From: an uncultured bacterium
GTDB taxonomy: Bacteria > Patescibacteriota > Minisyncoccia > Phycocordibacterales > DATDWN01
DNA length: 64,000 nt
Reading direction: 5' to 3'
Assembly: GCA_903870365.1 (NCBI GenBank)
Contig: CAIQCQ010000034.1
Location: 2,665 to 66,664, forward strand
Of this stretch, positions 29,933 to 39,945 are shown piece by piece. The notes under the pieces were generated by a model. It ran no database searches. It was not told the origin of the DNA and worked only from the letters and a program-made list of their open reading frames with translations. The position numbers and the translations under genes were made by a program. Position 1 is the first letter of the stretch, and the number at the start of each line of letters is the position of its first letter.

Positions 29933-30961
29933 TTATAGACTACTCAAGTATTCCCGAATCACCCCCTCCACCTCCCCCGCATTATTACATTCCATCAGTC
30001 TCACCCGCAATTCCTTTGCCCCATCCCACCCATTCACATATGCTTTGAAATGTTTTTTCATCACCGAGAAATTTTTATATGCACACAATTCTTCAAATGC
30101 TTTGGTATGTTCAACCAATACCAATAATCGTTCTTCTGGGGTTCTACTTTTTCTATCACTTGCAAACAACCACGGGTTTCCAAAAATAGCACGGCCAAGC
30201 ATGGCACCGTCGGCCCCCGTTTCTGCACACAGTCTTTTTCCATGTTCAATATCGGTCACGTCGCCATTACCGAGTATCAAGGTTTTTGATTTTAGTTCAT
30301 CACGAATCTCCACTGCACGTTTGATATGTTCCCATCTAGCAGGTACTAATGACATTTCCTTTCGTGTTCGTGCATGTACCGTGATCGCTGCTGGCTCCGC
30401 AGATAATAGTATGGGTAACCATGTTTCAAGTTCATTCTTGTTGTATCCAATGCGAGTTTTAACAGAGACAGGGATCTCTTTCTCCTGCCATTCTTTAATT
30501 TCTTTTTCACTTGTATTTTCCTCTCTTAATTTTTCTATTTTTCTATTTTTATATTCTTCTATACCTCGCTGTGCAGCTTTAATAAGCTCGACAGCGAGAG
30601 GCGGATTTTTGATCAACCCCGCACCAGCACCCTGCTTCTCCACCGACTTATCTGGACAACCCATATTGATATCGATCCCATCAAAACCAAGCTCTACTGC
30701 AAGTTGTGCCGCGCGCTCCATCATATCTGGACGACTGGTGAAAAATTGTGCCACGATCGGTCGCTCACTTTCGGAATATGCAAGATCTTTGATGAGAGAA
30801 TCGTATCCACCCATAAACAGACCATCAGCCGACACAAACTCTGTCCACATCACGTCTGGTTTACCATACGTGGCAATGATACGTCGAAAAGCTGGATCAG
30901 TCACATCTGCCATGGGGGCTAACACAAGTATAGGGTGCTGTAATTTTTTCCAAAAACTCAT
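29933..30961 (-). CDS. dusB: tRNA-dihydrouridine synthase
   Basis: LAPMADVTD, IDINMGCP, VSVKTRIG, TVHART, GNGDV, GRAIFGNPWLF. Confidence 0.93.
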   Translation of the reverse strand: MSFWKKLQHPILVLAPMADVTDPAFRRIIATYGKPDVMWTEFVSADGLFMGGYDSLIKDLAYSESERPIVAQFFTSRPDMMERAAQLAVELGFDGIDINMGCPDKSVEKQGAGAGLIKNPPLAVELIKAAQRGIEEYKNRKIEKLREENTSEKEIKEWQEKEIPVSVKTRIGYNKNELETWLPILLSAEPAAITVHARTRKEMSLVPARWEHIKRAVEIRDELKSKTLILGNGDVTDIEHGKRLCAETGADGAMLGRAIFGNPWLFASDRKSRTPEERLLVLVEHTKAFEELCAYKNFSVMKKHFKAYVNGWDGAKELRVRLMECNNAGEVEGVIREYLSSL

Positions 30962-31090
30962 ATCCGTTAGAGTAACTTAATTCATCCAGTAAGTCTAACG
31001 TGTAAATTTCTACCTCAGGAGTACCTGATGTGTAAGTGTTCCCTTATAATTAACCTAATTACTAATTTCTAAAGGAGACCGTTTAAAGAA

Positions 31091-31441
31091 CTAACATTTT
31101 TTATATATTGCATTGAATATAAGATTTAATTCTTTTGCTTCGGTCCAAAGTTTTCTTGCCTCTATTTTTACTTCTGGAACTGCAACAACAGACATTCGTA
31201 AAAAATGCTTTGTTTCTCTAGATTCTTTTTTACAAATACCTATTTTATGTTGAAAATCTTTCCGAGACTCAGCGTCATCAGCTTCACAATAGTTTGCACC
31301 CACACTTGTGCCGCATTTTACTAATTGATTTATAAGAGGTCGTGTAATTTCATTTTTTGGTAAATTTTTACAAAATATAATAATATCTTCACCAAATTTA
31401 GCAGTTCTTTCCTCTAGGTTAAAACGTGACGTACTATCCAT
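31091..31441 (-). CDS. Four-helix-bundle protein (23S rRNA IVP / TIGR02436-like), flanked by heptamer repeats
   Basis: LEERT..F, QLVKCGTSVGANY.EA..AES.KDF.HK..I..KE..ET. Confidence 0.9.
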   Translation of the reverse strand: MDSTSRFNLEERTAKFGEDIIIFCKNLPKNEITRPLINQLVKCGTSVGANYCEADDAESRKDFQHKIGICKKESRETKHFLRMSVVAVPEVKIEARKLWTEAKELNLIFNAIYKKC

Positions 31442-31477
31442 TTGAATTTTTAGAAATTAGAAATTAGAAATTTTTTC

Positions 31478-32335
31478 TCATCTCACTTTGTAATATACTT
31501 TATTACCGTATCGTAGATCAATATAATCGACAAGTAACTCTCCATCTTTTTCTGGCACAAGATTTGCTGTCTGTAACAACTTTTGCAGATTAGATGCCGT
31601 TTCAGCGAGTGGAGACTTGGCATCAAAAATAATATAGCCACCACCGTACAAATACATTTCAAAATCATCCTGTGTAGTCGCTACTATATATAGTGGGGTG
31701 ATATTGAGGGCCTTCACGGCTTCAACAAATTGCGACAATTGTCCAAAGGTATCTGATGATGACAAATATGATGAACCAATAGCTGATTCAAATGGCACCA
31801 ACCCATAATATTTAAAATAAGCATCACCAGAAAAGTCTGGGGCTTGAGAAAAAACAAAACCTGTCTTGTCGAGGAAATAACACTGTGGGGCTATAGTCGG
31901 GTCGGTACTCGAAGCAATTTGTTCCGGAGAGAGATTGCACCACAAAGCAGATGGTTGGCGTTCGGTCACAGTCACGCCGATAGTATGATAATTAACCAAA
32001 CTCACAGAGACAGTCTGTATGCGTGGAAATTGCTGTTGGAGAAAAATAGTCAGGCCTTTTCGTGGGTACAATAGCGCATTTTTCTTGCTCAAGACATATA
32101 TATAGTTACCCGAAATATACTGCGAGACAGACTGTTTAATTTGGTCAGGTGACAAGATGACTGTACCAGTCACCTGAACCATATCAATGGATACTTTTGA
32201 CCAGTGAGTTAGGCCAGCAAAGCCAGCAATGAGTATCACGAGTACCACACACCAGAAAGAAACATGTTGAATAAGACGCTTTTTCTTTTTCTCCAAATAA
32301 TCAGGGTTATGATACGTTTGTGATTTTTGAATCAT
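31478..32335 (-). CDS. ftsQ: Cell division protein FtsQ/DivIB-like
   Basis: N-terminal TM, POTRA-like V.VTG, V.VTERQP.ALWC, YIDLRYGNKVY. Confidence 0.78.
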   Translation of the reverse strand: MIQKSQTYHNPDYLEKKKKRLIQHVSFWCVVLVILIAGFAGLTHWSKVSIDMVQVTGTVILSPDQIKQSVSQYISGNYIYVLSKKNALLYPRKGLTIFLQQQFPRIQTVSVSLVNYHTIGVTVTERQPSALWCNLSPEQIASSTDPTIAPQCYFLDKTGFVFSQAPDFSGDAYFKYYGLVPFESAIGSSYLSSSDTFGQLSQFVEAVKALNITPLYIVATTQDDFEMYLYGGGYIIFDAKSPLAETASNLQKLLQTANLVPEKDGELLVDYIDLRYGNKVYYKVR

Positions 32336-32434
32336 CCCGTTAGAGTTTTATTGAGGGTCTTCTAATAATCAAATAGTCTACGTGCCAAGAATATATCCAT
32401 ATCATAACAAACTATAGCTAAAACTCTAACGGGA
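32335..32434. mobile_element. Start-codon MITE (ftsQ)
   Basis: TCA|TCCCGTTAGAG...CTCTAACGGGA|TCA; 100 bp. Confidence 0.88.
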
Positions 32435-32507
32435 TCATCTGCTTATTGTATCAAAAATCTCTACTTTCGTAGAGATTTTTGTACTTTCTTCTTCGTAATT
32501 CTTACTT

Positions 32508-33812
32508 CTAGTTTCTTTTTTCTATCTTTGTCTGTCCACCCATATATGGCACGAGCGCGTCAGGGATTTTGATTGAACCATCTGATTGCTGGTAGTTTTC
32601 CATAATCATGATCAGCGGTCGACCAGACAATGCAGTGTTGTTCAGAGAGTGTACAAATTTTAACTTTCCGTCATCATCTCGATAGCGAATATTCAATCGA
32701 CGTGTTTGGAAATCATGAAAATATGACGCTGAGCCAGTCTCTCTGTATGCATTCTCAGATGGCAACCAGACTTCGATATCATATTTTTTGACTTGGCCGA
32801 GACCAAGGTCACCACCACAATTGACCACCACGTGATATGGCAAACCAAGAGCTTCGGTAATCTCCTCAGTATTTCTCTGCACTTCTTCGTGATAGGTGAC
32901 TGACTCAGTATGTGAAGCTTCACACAAGACAACTTGTTCTAGTTTATAAAATTCATGCACACGCAAAATACCACGGGTATCCTTGCCATGACTACCTGCT
33001 TCACGCCGAAAGGCAGATGAAAACGACAGCATCTTTAATGGTAAATCTTTCTTATCCAAAATTTCATCCATATAATATCCCATGGTCGCTACCTCTGCAG
33101 TACCTGACAAATACTCACCGTCCTGTGTTTTATACAAATCATCTTCACCTTGTGGAATATAGCCAGTCCCGAGCAACAATTCGCGTTTTAACAAACTGGG
33201 CACAATCATTGGATTCCATTGTACTGTCCGTTCTGATCCTTCGGAAACGGTTGCACTTTTTTTATGAAAAAAATCTTGGACAAACTGCCACAATGCAAAC
33301 TCTAATCGAACAGCGTCACCTTTCAAAAAATAGCCACGAAAACCGGCAACCTTTGTACCACGTTCGAGGTCGAGCATTCCCAAGTTAGTCATCAACTCAA
33401 TATGATCCTTTGGCGTAAAATCAAATTTCGGAATCGTCCCCCATGTTTTGATTTCCATATTTTCACTATCGTCCACTCCATCTGGTACAGACATATCTGG
33501 TACGTTTGGCACAGCAATCATCAATGTCTGCCATTCTTTCATCACATCTTTCAATGTCTCTTCTTGTTTTTGTAGTGTTTCCTTGAGCAACTTCATCTCT
33601 TCGAGCAAGATACCCCGACGACTTTCGTCTGCTGTGGGGATCTCCTTACTGACCTCGTTTTGTCGGGCACGTGCAGTCTCCACACTGGCCATGAGCTCAC
33701 GGCGTTTGTCGTCTACTGCAATGAGGGCTTCGACGTCAAAATCAATGTGCTTTTTCTTGGCACCTAGGGCAACAATATCTTTGTTCTCGCGGATGAATTT
33801 AATGTCGAGCAT
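32508..33812 (-). CDS. serS: Serine--tRNA ligase
   Basis: MLDIKFIR, GTAEV, FRREAGSHGKDTRG..RVHEF.K.EQ, KKYDIEVW, HSLNNT. Confidence 0.97.
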   Translation of the reverse strand: MLDIKFIRENKDIVALGAKKKHIDFDVEALIAVDDKRRELMASVETARARQNEVSKEIPTADESRRGILLEEMKLLKETLQKQEETLKDVMKEWQTLMIAVPNVPDMSVPDGVDDSENMEIKTWGTIPKFDFTPKDHIELMTNLGMLDLERGTKVAGFRGYFLKGDAVRLEFALWQFVQDFFHKKSATVSEGSERTVQWNPMIVPSLLKRELLLGTGYIPQGEDDLYKTQDGEYLSGTAEVATMGYYMDEILDKKDLPLKMLSFSSAFRREAGSHGKDTRGILRVHEFYKLEQVVLCEASHTESVTYHEEVQRNTEEITEALGLPYHVVVNCGGDLGLGQVKKYDIEVWLPSENAYRETGSASYFHDFQTRRLNIRYRDDDGKLKFVHSLNNTALSGRPLIMIMENYQQSDGSIKIPDALVPYMGGQTKIEKRN

Positions 33813-33844
33813 TGTGTATGTATAGTAACAATAAAATTAACAAA

Positions 33845-33972
33845 AGAAAATCGGCTAGCGTCCAAAGACAGCTAGCCGGAGGAGTTGGTCTCTTGAGCAA
33901 AGCTCATTGTAGGCGTCCCACAAACGCCTCGTTCTTCGGTCTCCATAGACCTACACCAAACGTTGCTCATAT
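33845..33972 (-). ncRNA. Candidate structured small RNA between dprA and serS
   Basis: TTGACT/TACTAT promoter, TGAGCAA...TTGCTCA closing stem, terminator CGGCTAGC/GCTAGCCG + U-run; no credible ORF. Confidence 0.4.
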
Positions 33973-34001
33973 AGTAATAAAAGCTGTATTATTAGTCAAA
34001 C

Positions 34002-34889
34002 ATGATCGACAAGACTATTCGCACAGTCAAAACTACTGACTTTTCCCCACTCCTGGCAGAGATCTACCACTGTCCAGAAACTTTTCGCATGCAAGGCACT
34101 TTTCCAGTTGACGAAAATGGTGATGTGAAATACCTGACCGTCGTCGGCTCACGCAAATACAGCGACTACGGCAAAGCGGTCTGTGAATACCTTATTACTG
34201 GGTTGCGTGGATATCCTATCGTAGTCATCTCTGGCCTCGCACTTGGTATGGATGGTATTGCACTCCGTTCAGCACTGAACGCTGGTTTGAAAACCGTGGC
34301 TGTACCTGGATCAGGACTGTCTGACATGGCCATACACCCAAAAACAAACATTGGTATACGGGATGCAATATTGAACGCCGGTGGGTGCATCCTCTCAGAA
34401 TTCCCCGATGATTTTCGTGCGACACTCTACAGCTTTCCCCAACGCAATCGCATCATGGCGGGTCTGGCTCATGCCACACTGATCATCGAAGCAGAAATTA
34501 AATCAGGCACACTGATCACTTCAAAATACGCCACCGAATACAACCGCGATGTGTTTACCGTGCCACACCCCATTTTTTCGAGCACCTCCGAAGGTCCACA
34601 TATGCTCCTCCGTCTCGGCGCCACACCGATCACCAAGCCAGAAGATATTTTAGATGCCTTTGGTTTTGCGCCGCGCGAAGGATTGTTCGGCGGTAATAAT
34701 TCTTTGCGTGACTACAGTGACTGTTCCGAAGATGAACTGCTCGTGGTCAACCTCCTGACCCAGCCACTCGAGCGGGATACTATTATACGGGAGTTGGGCA
34801 AGCCAGTACATGTGACTCAGGCAATATTGTCGATCATGGAGATTAAGGGACTTATCAAGGAAGAGCTCGGCGAAATACGCCTCGTGTAA
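34002..34889 (+). CDS. dprA: DNA-processing protein DprA
   Basis: VVGSR, ISGLALGMD, FPQRNRIMAGL, IEAEIKSGTLIT. Confidence 0.95.
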   Translation: MIDKTIRTVKTTDFSPLLAEIYHCPETFRMQGTFPVDENGDVKYLTVVGSRKYSDYGKAVCEYLITGLRGYPIVVISGLALGMDGIALRSALNAGLKTVAVPGSGLSDMAIHPKTNIGIRDAILNAGGCILSEFPDDFRATLYSFPQRNRIMAGLAHATLIIEAEIKSGTLITSKYATEYNRDVFTVPHPIFSSTSEGPHMLLRLGATPITKPEDILDAFGFAPREGLFGGNNSLRDYSDCSEDELLVVNLLTQPLERDTIIRELGKPVHVTQAILSIMEIKGLIKEELGEIRLV

Positions 34890-34985
34890 TTACTAATTGA
34901 CCTAATTATTCTAATTTCTAAAGAATTTTGATATACTTGACATATCAATAAAAATACAATACATTATTCTCTAGGAGAAAACTTT

Positions 34986-35180
34986 GTGCAAACAATTGTA
35001 GTCAAACGACATCCAAACGGAAGGGTTAAGACAATCCATATGCAATCAGAAAACCCTGACGAACACACTACCCTTTCGGAAATTCACGTGCAGTTAGCAA
35101 ATCGTTGCTTCGGAGATCATCCCAGCATCAAGTCTACAGATTTTTCTCAGGGAAAAATCACACTTGAGATCGACGCTTGA
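34986..35180 (+). CDS. Orphan small protein
   Basis: TTGACA-N17-TACATT promoter, TAGGAG SD + GTG, terminator hairpin. Confidence 0.55.
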   Translation: MQTIVVKRHPNGRVKTIHMQSENPDEHTTLSEIHVQLANRCFGDHPSIKSTDFSQGKITLEIDA

Positions 35181-35270
35181 AAATACTTTGCCACTAATCA
35201 ATCCCGCCACCACGGCAACGGAAATCCGTTCGCTTCGGTGTGCGGATTTTTTGTATTAATTAATTTTTCT

Positions 35271-35352
35271 GTCATTCCCGCGAAAGCGGGGATCCAGGAT
35301 GTAAAGATGAATATGATTGGATACACTGGATTCCCGTCTGCACGGGAATGAC
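35271..35352. repeat. REP-like palindrome pair
   Basis: GTCATTCCCGCGAAAGCGGGGATCCAG ... CTGGATTCCCGTCTGCACGGGAATGAC; near-inverse of 6394-6473. Confidence 0.8.
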
Positions 35353-35460
35353 GGGAAAAAATATTTAGAAATTAGAAATTAGTAATTAGGAATTTTTTAA
35401 ATAAAAAAATATCACTTATTTGCAAAAAGTTTAAAATACGGTAATACTAGACGAATATGA

Positions 35461-35560
35461 TCCCGTTAGAGTTTTTATACGACTCAGTACGGGCAAATAA
35501 CGTTTTTCATAAAATGAACAACTTGTAAGCACATACTTTAATCAAAAAACTCTAACGGGA
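35461..35560. mobile_element. Start-codon MITE (topA)
   Basis: A-TGA|TCCCGTTAGAG...CTCTAACGGGA|TGA; 100 bp. Confidence 0.88.
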
Positions 35561-37818
35561 TGAAAAAATTACTAATAGTAGAAAGTCCAGCCAAAGCCAA
35601 AACCATTTCAAAATATTTGAGTGGTGAAAAGGACACATACACCGTCGTCGCATCTGTCGGACACGTACGTGATCTTCCAAAGTCAAACAAAAAAGCCATC
35701 GATGTGGCTGCTGGTTTTGTGCCTCACTATGAAATTTCCAAAGGTAAAGAAAAAGTAATTGATGAGATATCTGCCCTGGCAAAAAAATCTGATGAAGTCC
35801 TGCTGGCGACCGACCCCGACCGTGAAGGTGAAGCCATCGCGTGGCATATCGCTGAGCTCTTGAAGAGCTCAGCGAAGTCAAAAGTCAAAAGTCAAAAGTC
35901 GAAAGAAAATACAGGACCAAAGATACAGAGAGTGACATATCATGAGATCACCAAAGAAGCCATCGAGGAAGCACTCAAACACCCTCGAGCCATTGACCAA
36001 AACTTGCGCAAAGCCCAAGAAGCTCGGCGTGTGCTCGACCGACTGGTGGGCTACGACCTCTCTGGTATCATTTGGAAAAAAGTGCGCTACGGTCTGTCTG
36101 CTGGCCGTGTCCAGTCCCCTGCGTTGCGTATCATCATGGAACGCGAGCGAGAAATACGTGCCTTCACCTCACACGCCTTTTGGGTCATTACTGCTGACGT
36201 GGCCAACAAAGACACATTCAAATTTGTCGTCACCTGCGAAGAAGAACCGACTGATCAGAAAAAAGTTGATGCCATCCTAGCCACAGGGAAAAAAGAAAAC
36301 TGGACCGTGACTGATATCAAAGCAACTGAAGTCAAGAAAACACCTCGTGCACCGTTTATCACTTCGACACTCCAGCAGACTGCATCGACACGACTTGGCT
36401 TTGCACCATCACGTACCATGGGTATTGCGCAAAAGTTATACGAAGCTGGACACATTACCTACATGCGTACTGATTCGACTACCCTTTCCAAAACTGCCCT
36501 TGCAGAAATCTCTACCGTCATCGAAAAAAAATTTGGTAAAGAATATCTCCAGCTCCATACTTTTACGACCAAATCAAAAAATGCACAGGAAGCTCATGAA
36601 GCCATCCGTCCAACACATGTGACACTGACAAGCGCCGGTAAAAATGATGATGAGAAAAAACTCTATGACTTGATCTGGGCTCGCACTGTGGCATCACAAA
36701 TGAAAGACGCAAATACACTGCGTACAAAAATTCTCGTCCAAGTTGGTGACGGCAAGATCAGTCCTGATTTTTCTGTTAACGGTTCACGAGTATTGTTTGA
36801 CGGCTGGATGGCCTCTGACCCGATGTCACGCACAGACGATATTGAAGTCCCAAAAGTCGAACTCAACGAGAAATTAAATTTTCATGATATCCATGCGCTC
36901 GAAAAGCAAACTGAACCACCGGGTCGCTACAGTGAAGCAGGTTTGATCAAAGAACTTGAAAAACGTGGCATTGGCCGACCGAGTACATATGCATCCATCC
37001 TCCGTACCATCGAAGAGCGTGGATATGTGGACAAGGTCAACAAAGCTCTGGTGCCGACAGACACTGGTGATGTAGTCTCGTCGTTCCTCGAAGACAACTT
37101 CGCTGACTACATTAGTGATACCTTTACTGCCGAAATGGAAGACAAGCTCGACCTCATTGCTGAGGGTAAACAAGAATACGAAAAAATCCTCAAAGATTTC
37201 TATACACCGTTTAGCAAAGAGGTAAAAATTAAAGACAAGCTCGACAAAGCCACCAACATGGGTGTAGCTGATCCAAAATTTACATGTCCGATCTGTGGCG
37301 AATCCATGATCATCAAACTTTCTCGTTCTGGGAAATTTCTTTCTTGTTCAACATACCCAGACTGTGATGGAGCACTCGATATGGAAGGTCGCGAGATCAA
37401 GAAAAATGAACCGATTGGTATTGATCCGACAACAGGTCTGCAGATTTTTATGATGGACGGTAAATATGGTCCATATGTTCAACTTGGCGAACGAGCAAAA
37501 GGTAAGGGTTCAAAGAAAGCGGTTAAACCACGCATGGCTGGCGTACCAAAAACAAAAGATCCAAACACCGTGACACTGACTGATGCCCTTCTCTACTTGT
37601 CATTACCAAAAGTCCTCGGTGTACACCCAGTCACTGGCCTGCCCATCACTGCCAACATTGGTATGTTTGGTCCATATGTCGTTCATGATAAAGATTTCAG
37701 ATCGCTCAAAGTGGATGATGTATATACGATCGAGCTTCCTCGGGCACTAGAAATCTTTGCCGAAGAAAAAAAAGTAGGACGACGTGGTCGATTTGCAAAA
37801 AAGAAGAAAGAAGAGTAA
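35560..37818 (+). CDS. topA: Type IA DNA topoisomerase
   Basis: IVESPAKAKTI, ATDPDREGEAI, SAGRVQS, ITYMRTD, QEAHEAIRPT, GIGRPST, Zn ribbon and Topo C-terminal repeats. Confidence 0.97.
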   Translation: MKKLLIVESPAKAKTISKYLSGEKDTYTVVASVGHVRDLPKSNKKAIDVAAGFVPHYEISKGKEKVIDEISALAKKSDEVLLATDPDREGEAIAWHIAELLKSSAKSKVKSQKSKENTGPKIQRVTYHEITKEAIEEALKHPRAIDQNLRKAQEARRVLDRLVGYDLSGIIWKKVRYGLSAGRVQSPALRIIMEREREIRAFTSHAFWVITADVANKDTFKFVVTCEEEPTDQKKVDAILATGKKENWTVTDIKATEVKKTPRAPFITSTLQQTASTRLGFAPSRTMGIAQKLYEAGHITYMRTDSTTLSKTALAEISTVIEKKFGKEYLQLHTFTTKSKNAQEAHEAIRPTHVTLTSAGKNDDEKKLYDLIWARTVASQMKDANTLRTKILVQVGDGKISPDFSVNGSRVLFDGWMASDPMSRTDDIEVPKVELNEKLNFHDIHALEKQTEPPGRYSEAGLIKELEKRGIGRPSTYASILRTIEERGYVDKVNKALVPTDTGDVVSSFLEDNFADYISDTFTAEMEDKLDLIAEGKQEYEKILKDFYTPFSKEVKIKDKLDKATNMGVADPKFTCPICGESMIIKLSRSGKFLSCSTYPDCDGALDMEGREIKKNEPIGIDPTTGLQIFMMDGKYGPYVQLGERAKGKGSKKAVKPRMAGVPKTKDPNTVTLTDALLYLSLPKVLGVHPVTGLPITANIGMFGPYVVHDKDFRSLKVDDVYTIELPRALEIFAEEKKVGRRGRFAKKKKEE

Positions 37819-37839
37819 ATTTTTTGCAGGAGGAATTTT

Positions 37840-37998
37840 ATGGCATGTCAAAGTTGCGGTGGAAATCAATTTGATAAAAATGGTAACTGTGTACGATGTC
37901 CACTTGGACCCATAGTTGGTCCAGGACTCCGAGCTGATCAGTGGGATATAGATGAATTTGTCCCTGACATCCGAGAACTCTTTGACGCAATAGACTAA
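37840..37998 (+). CDS. 52-aa zinc-ribbon microprotein
   Basis: AGGAGG SD; manual translation MACQSCGGNQFDKNGNCVRCPLGP...ELFDAID*; terminator AAAGCCACGA/TCGTGGCTTT. Confidence 0.6.
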   Translation: MACQSCGGNQFDKNGNCVRCPLGPIVGPGLRADQWDIDEFVPDIRELFDAID

Positions 37999-38176
37999 CA
38001 AAAAGCCACGATGCAAATCGTGGCTTTGTATTTTTGTTAATTTCTGAAACGGTTGATTCAGGATTCCTAGCAGCAGAGGAAAGCTCACTACGGGACAAGC
38101 AAAATTGGAATGAAATAAACACAAATACTTGACAACTTTTTTAGAATATGTAAATATCTCCAGCGGAGAACAGCAC

Positions 38177-38698
38177 ATGCTCTATAAAAACTGGAAAGAA
38201 ATCTGCAAGATCGAAAATGCATACTTCCTTCTTGCAGTAGCACTCGCAACTGATATCAAATTCCTTGGCGACCTCGCCATTGGATTTCCTCACCTATTCA
38301 CCGACATCAAACCGGAACACCCGGGACCGTTTCCACTCTCCTTCCTCCGGAAGATTGCAGATTCTGCTCAGGATATTCATAGTCTAGATGAAATTTTTCT
38401 TGAATATGGACTTCCGGCAATTCCGTACGCTCACAGGGAGTCATTTTACTTCCGCACAATGGAAGAAAGGGATGAAAAGCCTGTACTTTGGATGGGTAGT
38501 GCCATGTCTCAAGAAGAGTACAACGTGTGGTCAGAAAAATACACAGCGGCATATCCTCTTTTCCCGTATACCCTGGAAACACTTACGATCGACGATGTTA
38601 ATTACTACGTCGGTTATGTCAATACAAACGGTCCAGACGTTGATGAGCTCAAGGATATGTACCTCTACCCTACCGACCTCGTCGACGTGAATACGTAG
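38177..38698 (+). CDS. Orphan hypothetical protein
   Basis: TTGACA promoter, GGAG SD, terminator ACGGCCCC-GAAATC-GGGGCCGT. Confidence 0.6.
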   Translation: MLYKNWKEICKIENAYFLLAVALATDIKFLGDLAIGFPHLFTDIKPEHPGPFPLSFLRKIADSAQDIHSLDEIFLEYGLPAIPYAHRESFYFRTMEERDEKPVLWMGSAMSQEEYNVWSEKYTAAYPLFPYTLETLTIDDVNYYVGYVNTNGPDVDELKDMYLYPTDLVDVNT

Positions 38699-38774
38699 AC
38701 CGGATCAGTTCACAGACGAACAACGGCCCCGAAATCGGGGCCGTTTATTTTTATACAAAATTAGTTTGCACCAG

Positions 38775-38895
38775 AACTTTCACAATTTCGCCAAGGTCGC
38801 TTATAAAATATGAAAAGGGACCGGAGACGTAGTTAGCACTACGATGAGGACCATTTTTATATTTTAGAAGATGAGATTGGTGAAATTTGGAAGTT
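38775..38895 (-). repeat. Family B 3'-UTR long-hairpin repeat
   Basis: Closely similar to 2222-2340; abuts the parB stop codon. Confidence 0.8.
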
Positions 38896-39945
38896 CTACA
38901 GTGAGAAATTTTTTATTGAGTAAAGTTCCTCATCATCCTCCGTATTATCCGCCTTTTTGATTTCCTCTTCTGAACGATCATCGAGTATAGTCACGGGATC
39001 AGACTCTTGCTGAACAATGATCTCTTCAGATTTTATGTCCGACCCATTTGTAATTTCTAATTCGTTATTCTTAATTCCCTCTCCATTCAAGCTTCCAACT
39101 TCAAGATTCGAGCTTCGATCGTTCTTGAGTTTACTCAACAGCGATTTGAGGTCTTCCTCCGAGAAAAAGGCAATAGTCACCTTGCCACCTGGTGCTTCAT
39201 GTTTCTTTTCAATAACCACACGAGTGCCGAGGCTCTCCGTCAGTCGGTCCTCGATCTCTCGTGTCTGCATGTCGAGCATGTCGCCCTTAATACGTGCCCG
39301 GTCCAATGCAATACGTCGTGAGATCAGTTCTGCCTCGCGCACGGTCATCTTGCGGAGTATGATTTCCTTGAGCAAGGTCATCTGCTCTTCTGGTCGGTCG
39401 ATCAACATGAGCAGTGGTCGAGTGTGACCTTCACTGATCTTGCCCGCTTTCAAAGCATCAATAATTTCTGCATTCAAATTTAGTACACGAATACTGTTGG
39501 ACACATATTCACGACTCTTGCCGACTTTTTCTGCAATAGTGATGTGTTTAAAACCAAATTCATCGGCCAGACGTTTAAAGGCAATGGCTCGATCCACCAC
39601 GTTGAGATCCTCACGCTGAAGGTTTTCAATGATAGCCAACTCCAGTTTCATCTGGTCAGTCTCATCACCATCTTTGATCAAGACTGGCACGACAGATAGA
39701 CCAGCAAGTTTTGAAGCACGCAGCCGACGTTCACCCGCAATGAGTTCGTACTCTACCACCAGACCATCATCTTTTTGTACTTCTTTACGAGTCACTACCA
39801 GGGCCTGCAAGACACCATATTGACGGATCGAATCCGCCAAGCTCTGGAGCTGAGCTGGGTCAAAATCCCGTCGTGGCTGAAACGGGTTTGGTTTGATCTT
39901 TTCAACCTCTATCCAAAATATTGAATCTTTGTAGAATTGGCTCAC
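38896..39945 (-). CDS. parB: ParB/Spo0J chromosome partition protein
   Basis: PNPFQPRRDF, LIAGERRLRA, IIENLQREDL, HTH GKSREYVSN. Confidence 0.95.
   Translation of the reverse strand: MSQFYKDSIFWIEVEKIKPNPFQPRRDFDPAQLQSLADSIRQYGVLQALVVTRKEVQKDDGLVVEYELIAGERRLRASKLAGLSVVPVLIKDGDETDQMKLELAIIENLQREDLNVVDRAIAFKRLADEFGFKHITIAEKVGKSREYVSNSIRVLNLNAEIIDALKAGKISEGHTRPLLMLIDRPEEQMTLLKEIILRKMTVREAELISRRIALDRARIKGDMLDMQTREIEDRLTESLGTRVVIEKKHEAPGGKVTIAFFSEEDLKSLLSKLKNDRSSNLEVGSLNGEGIKNNELEITNGSDIKSEEIIVQQESDPVTILDDRSEEEIKKADNTEDDEELYSIKNFSL

Noticed and set aside
30045-30980. 311-aa plus-strand ORF
   Set aside because: Antisense shadow of the well-supported dus gene; the same applies to 27648-28310 opposite dnaX and similar ORFs.
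31091-31441. Diversity-generating retroelement (Avd-like four-helix bundle)
   Set aside because: No reverse transcriptase and no TR/VR pair with adenine-specific mismatches seen in the window.
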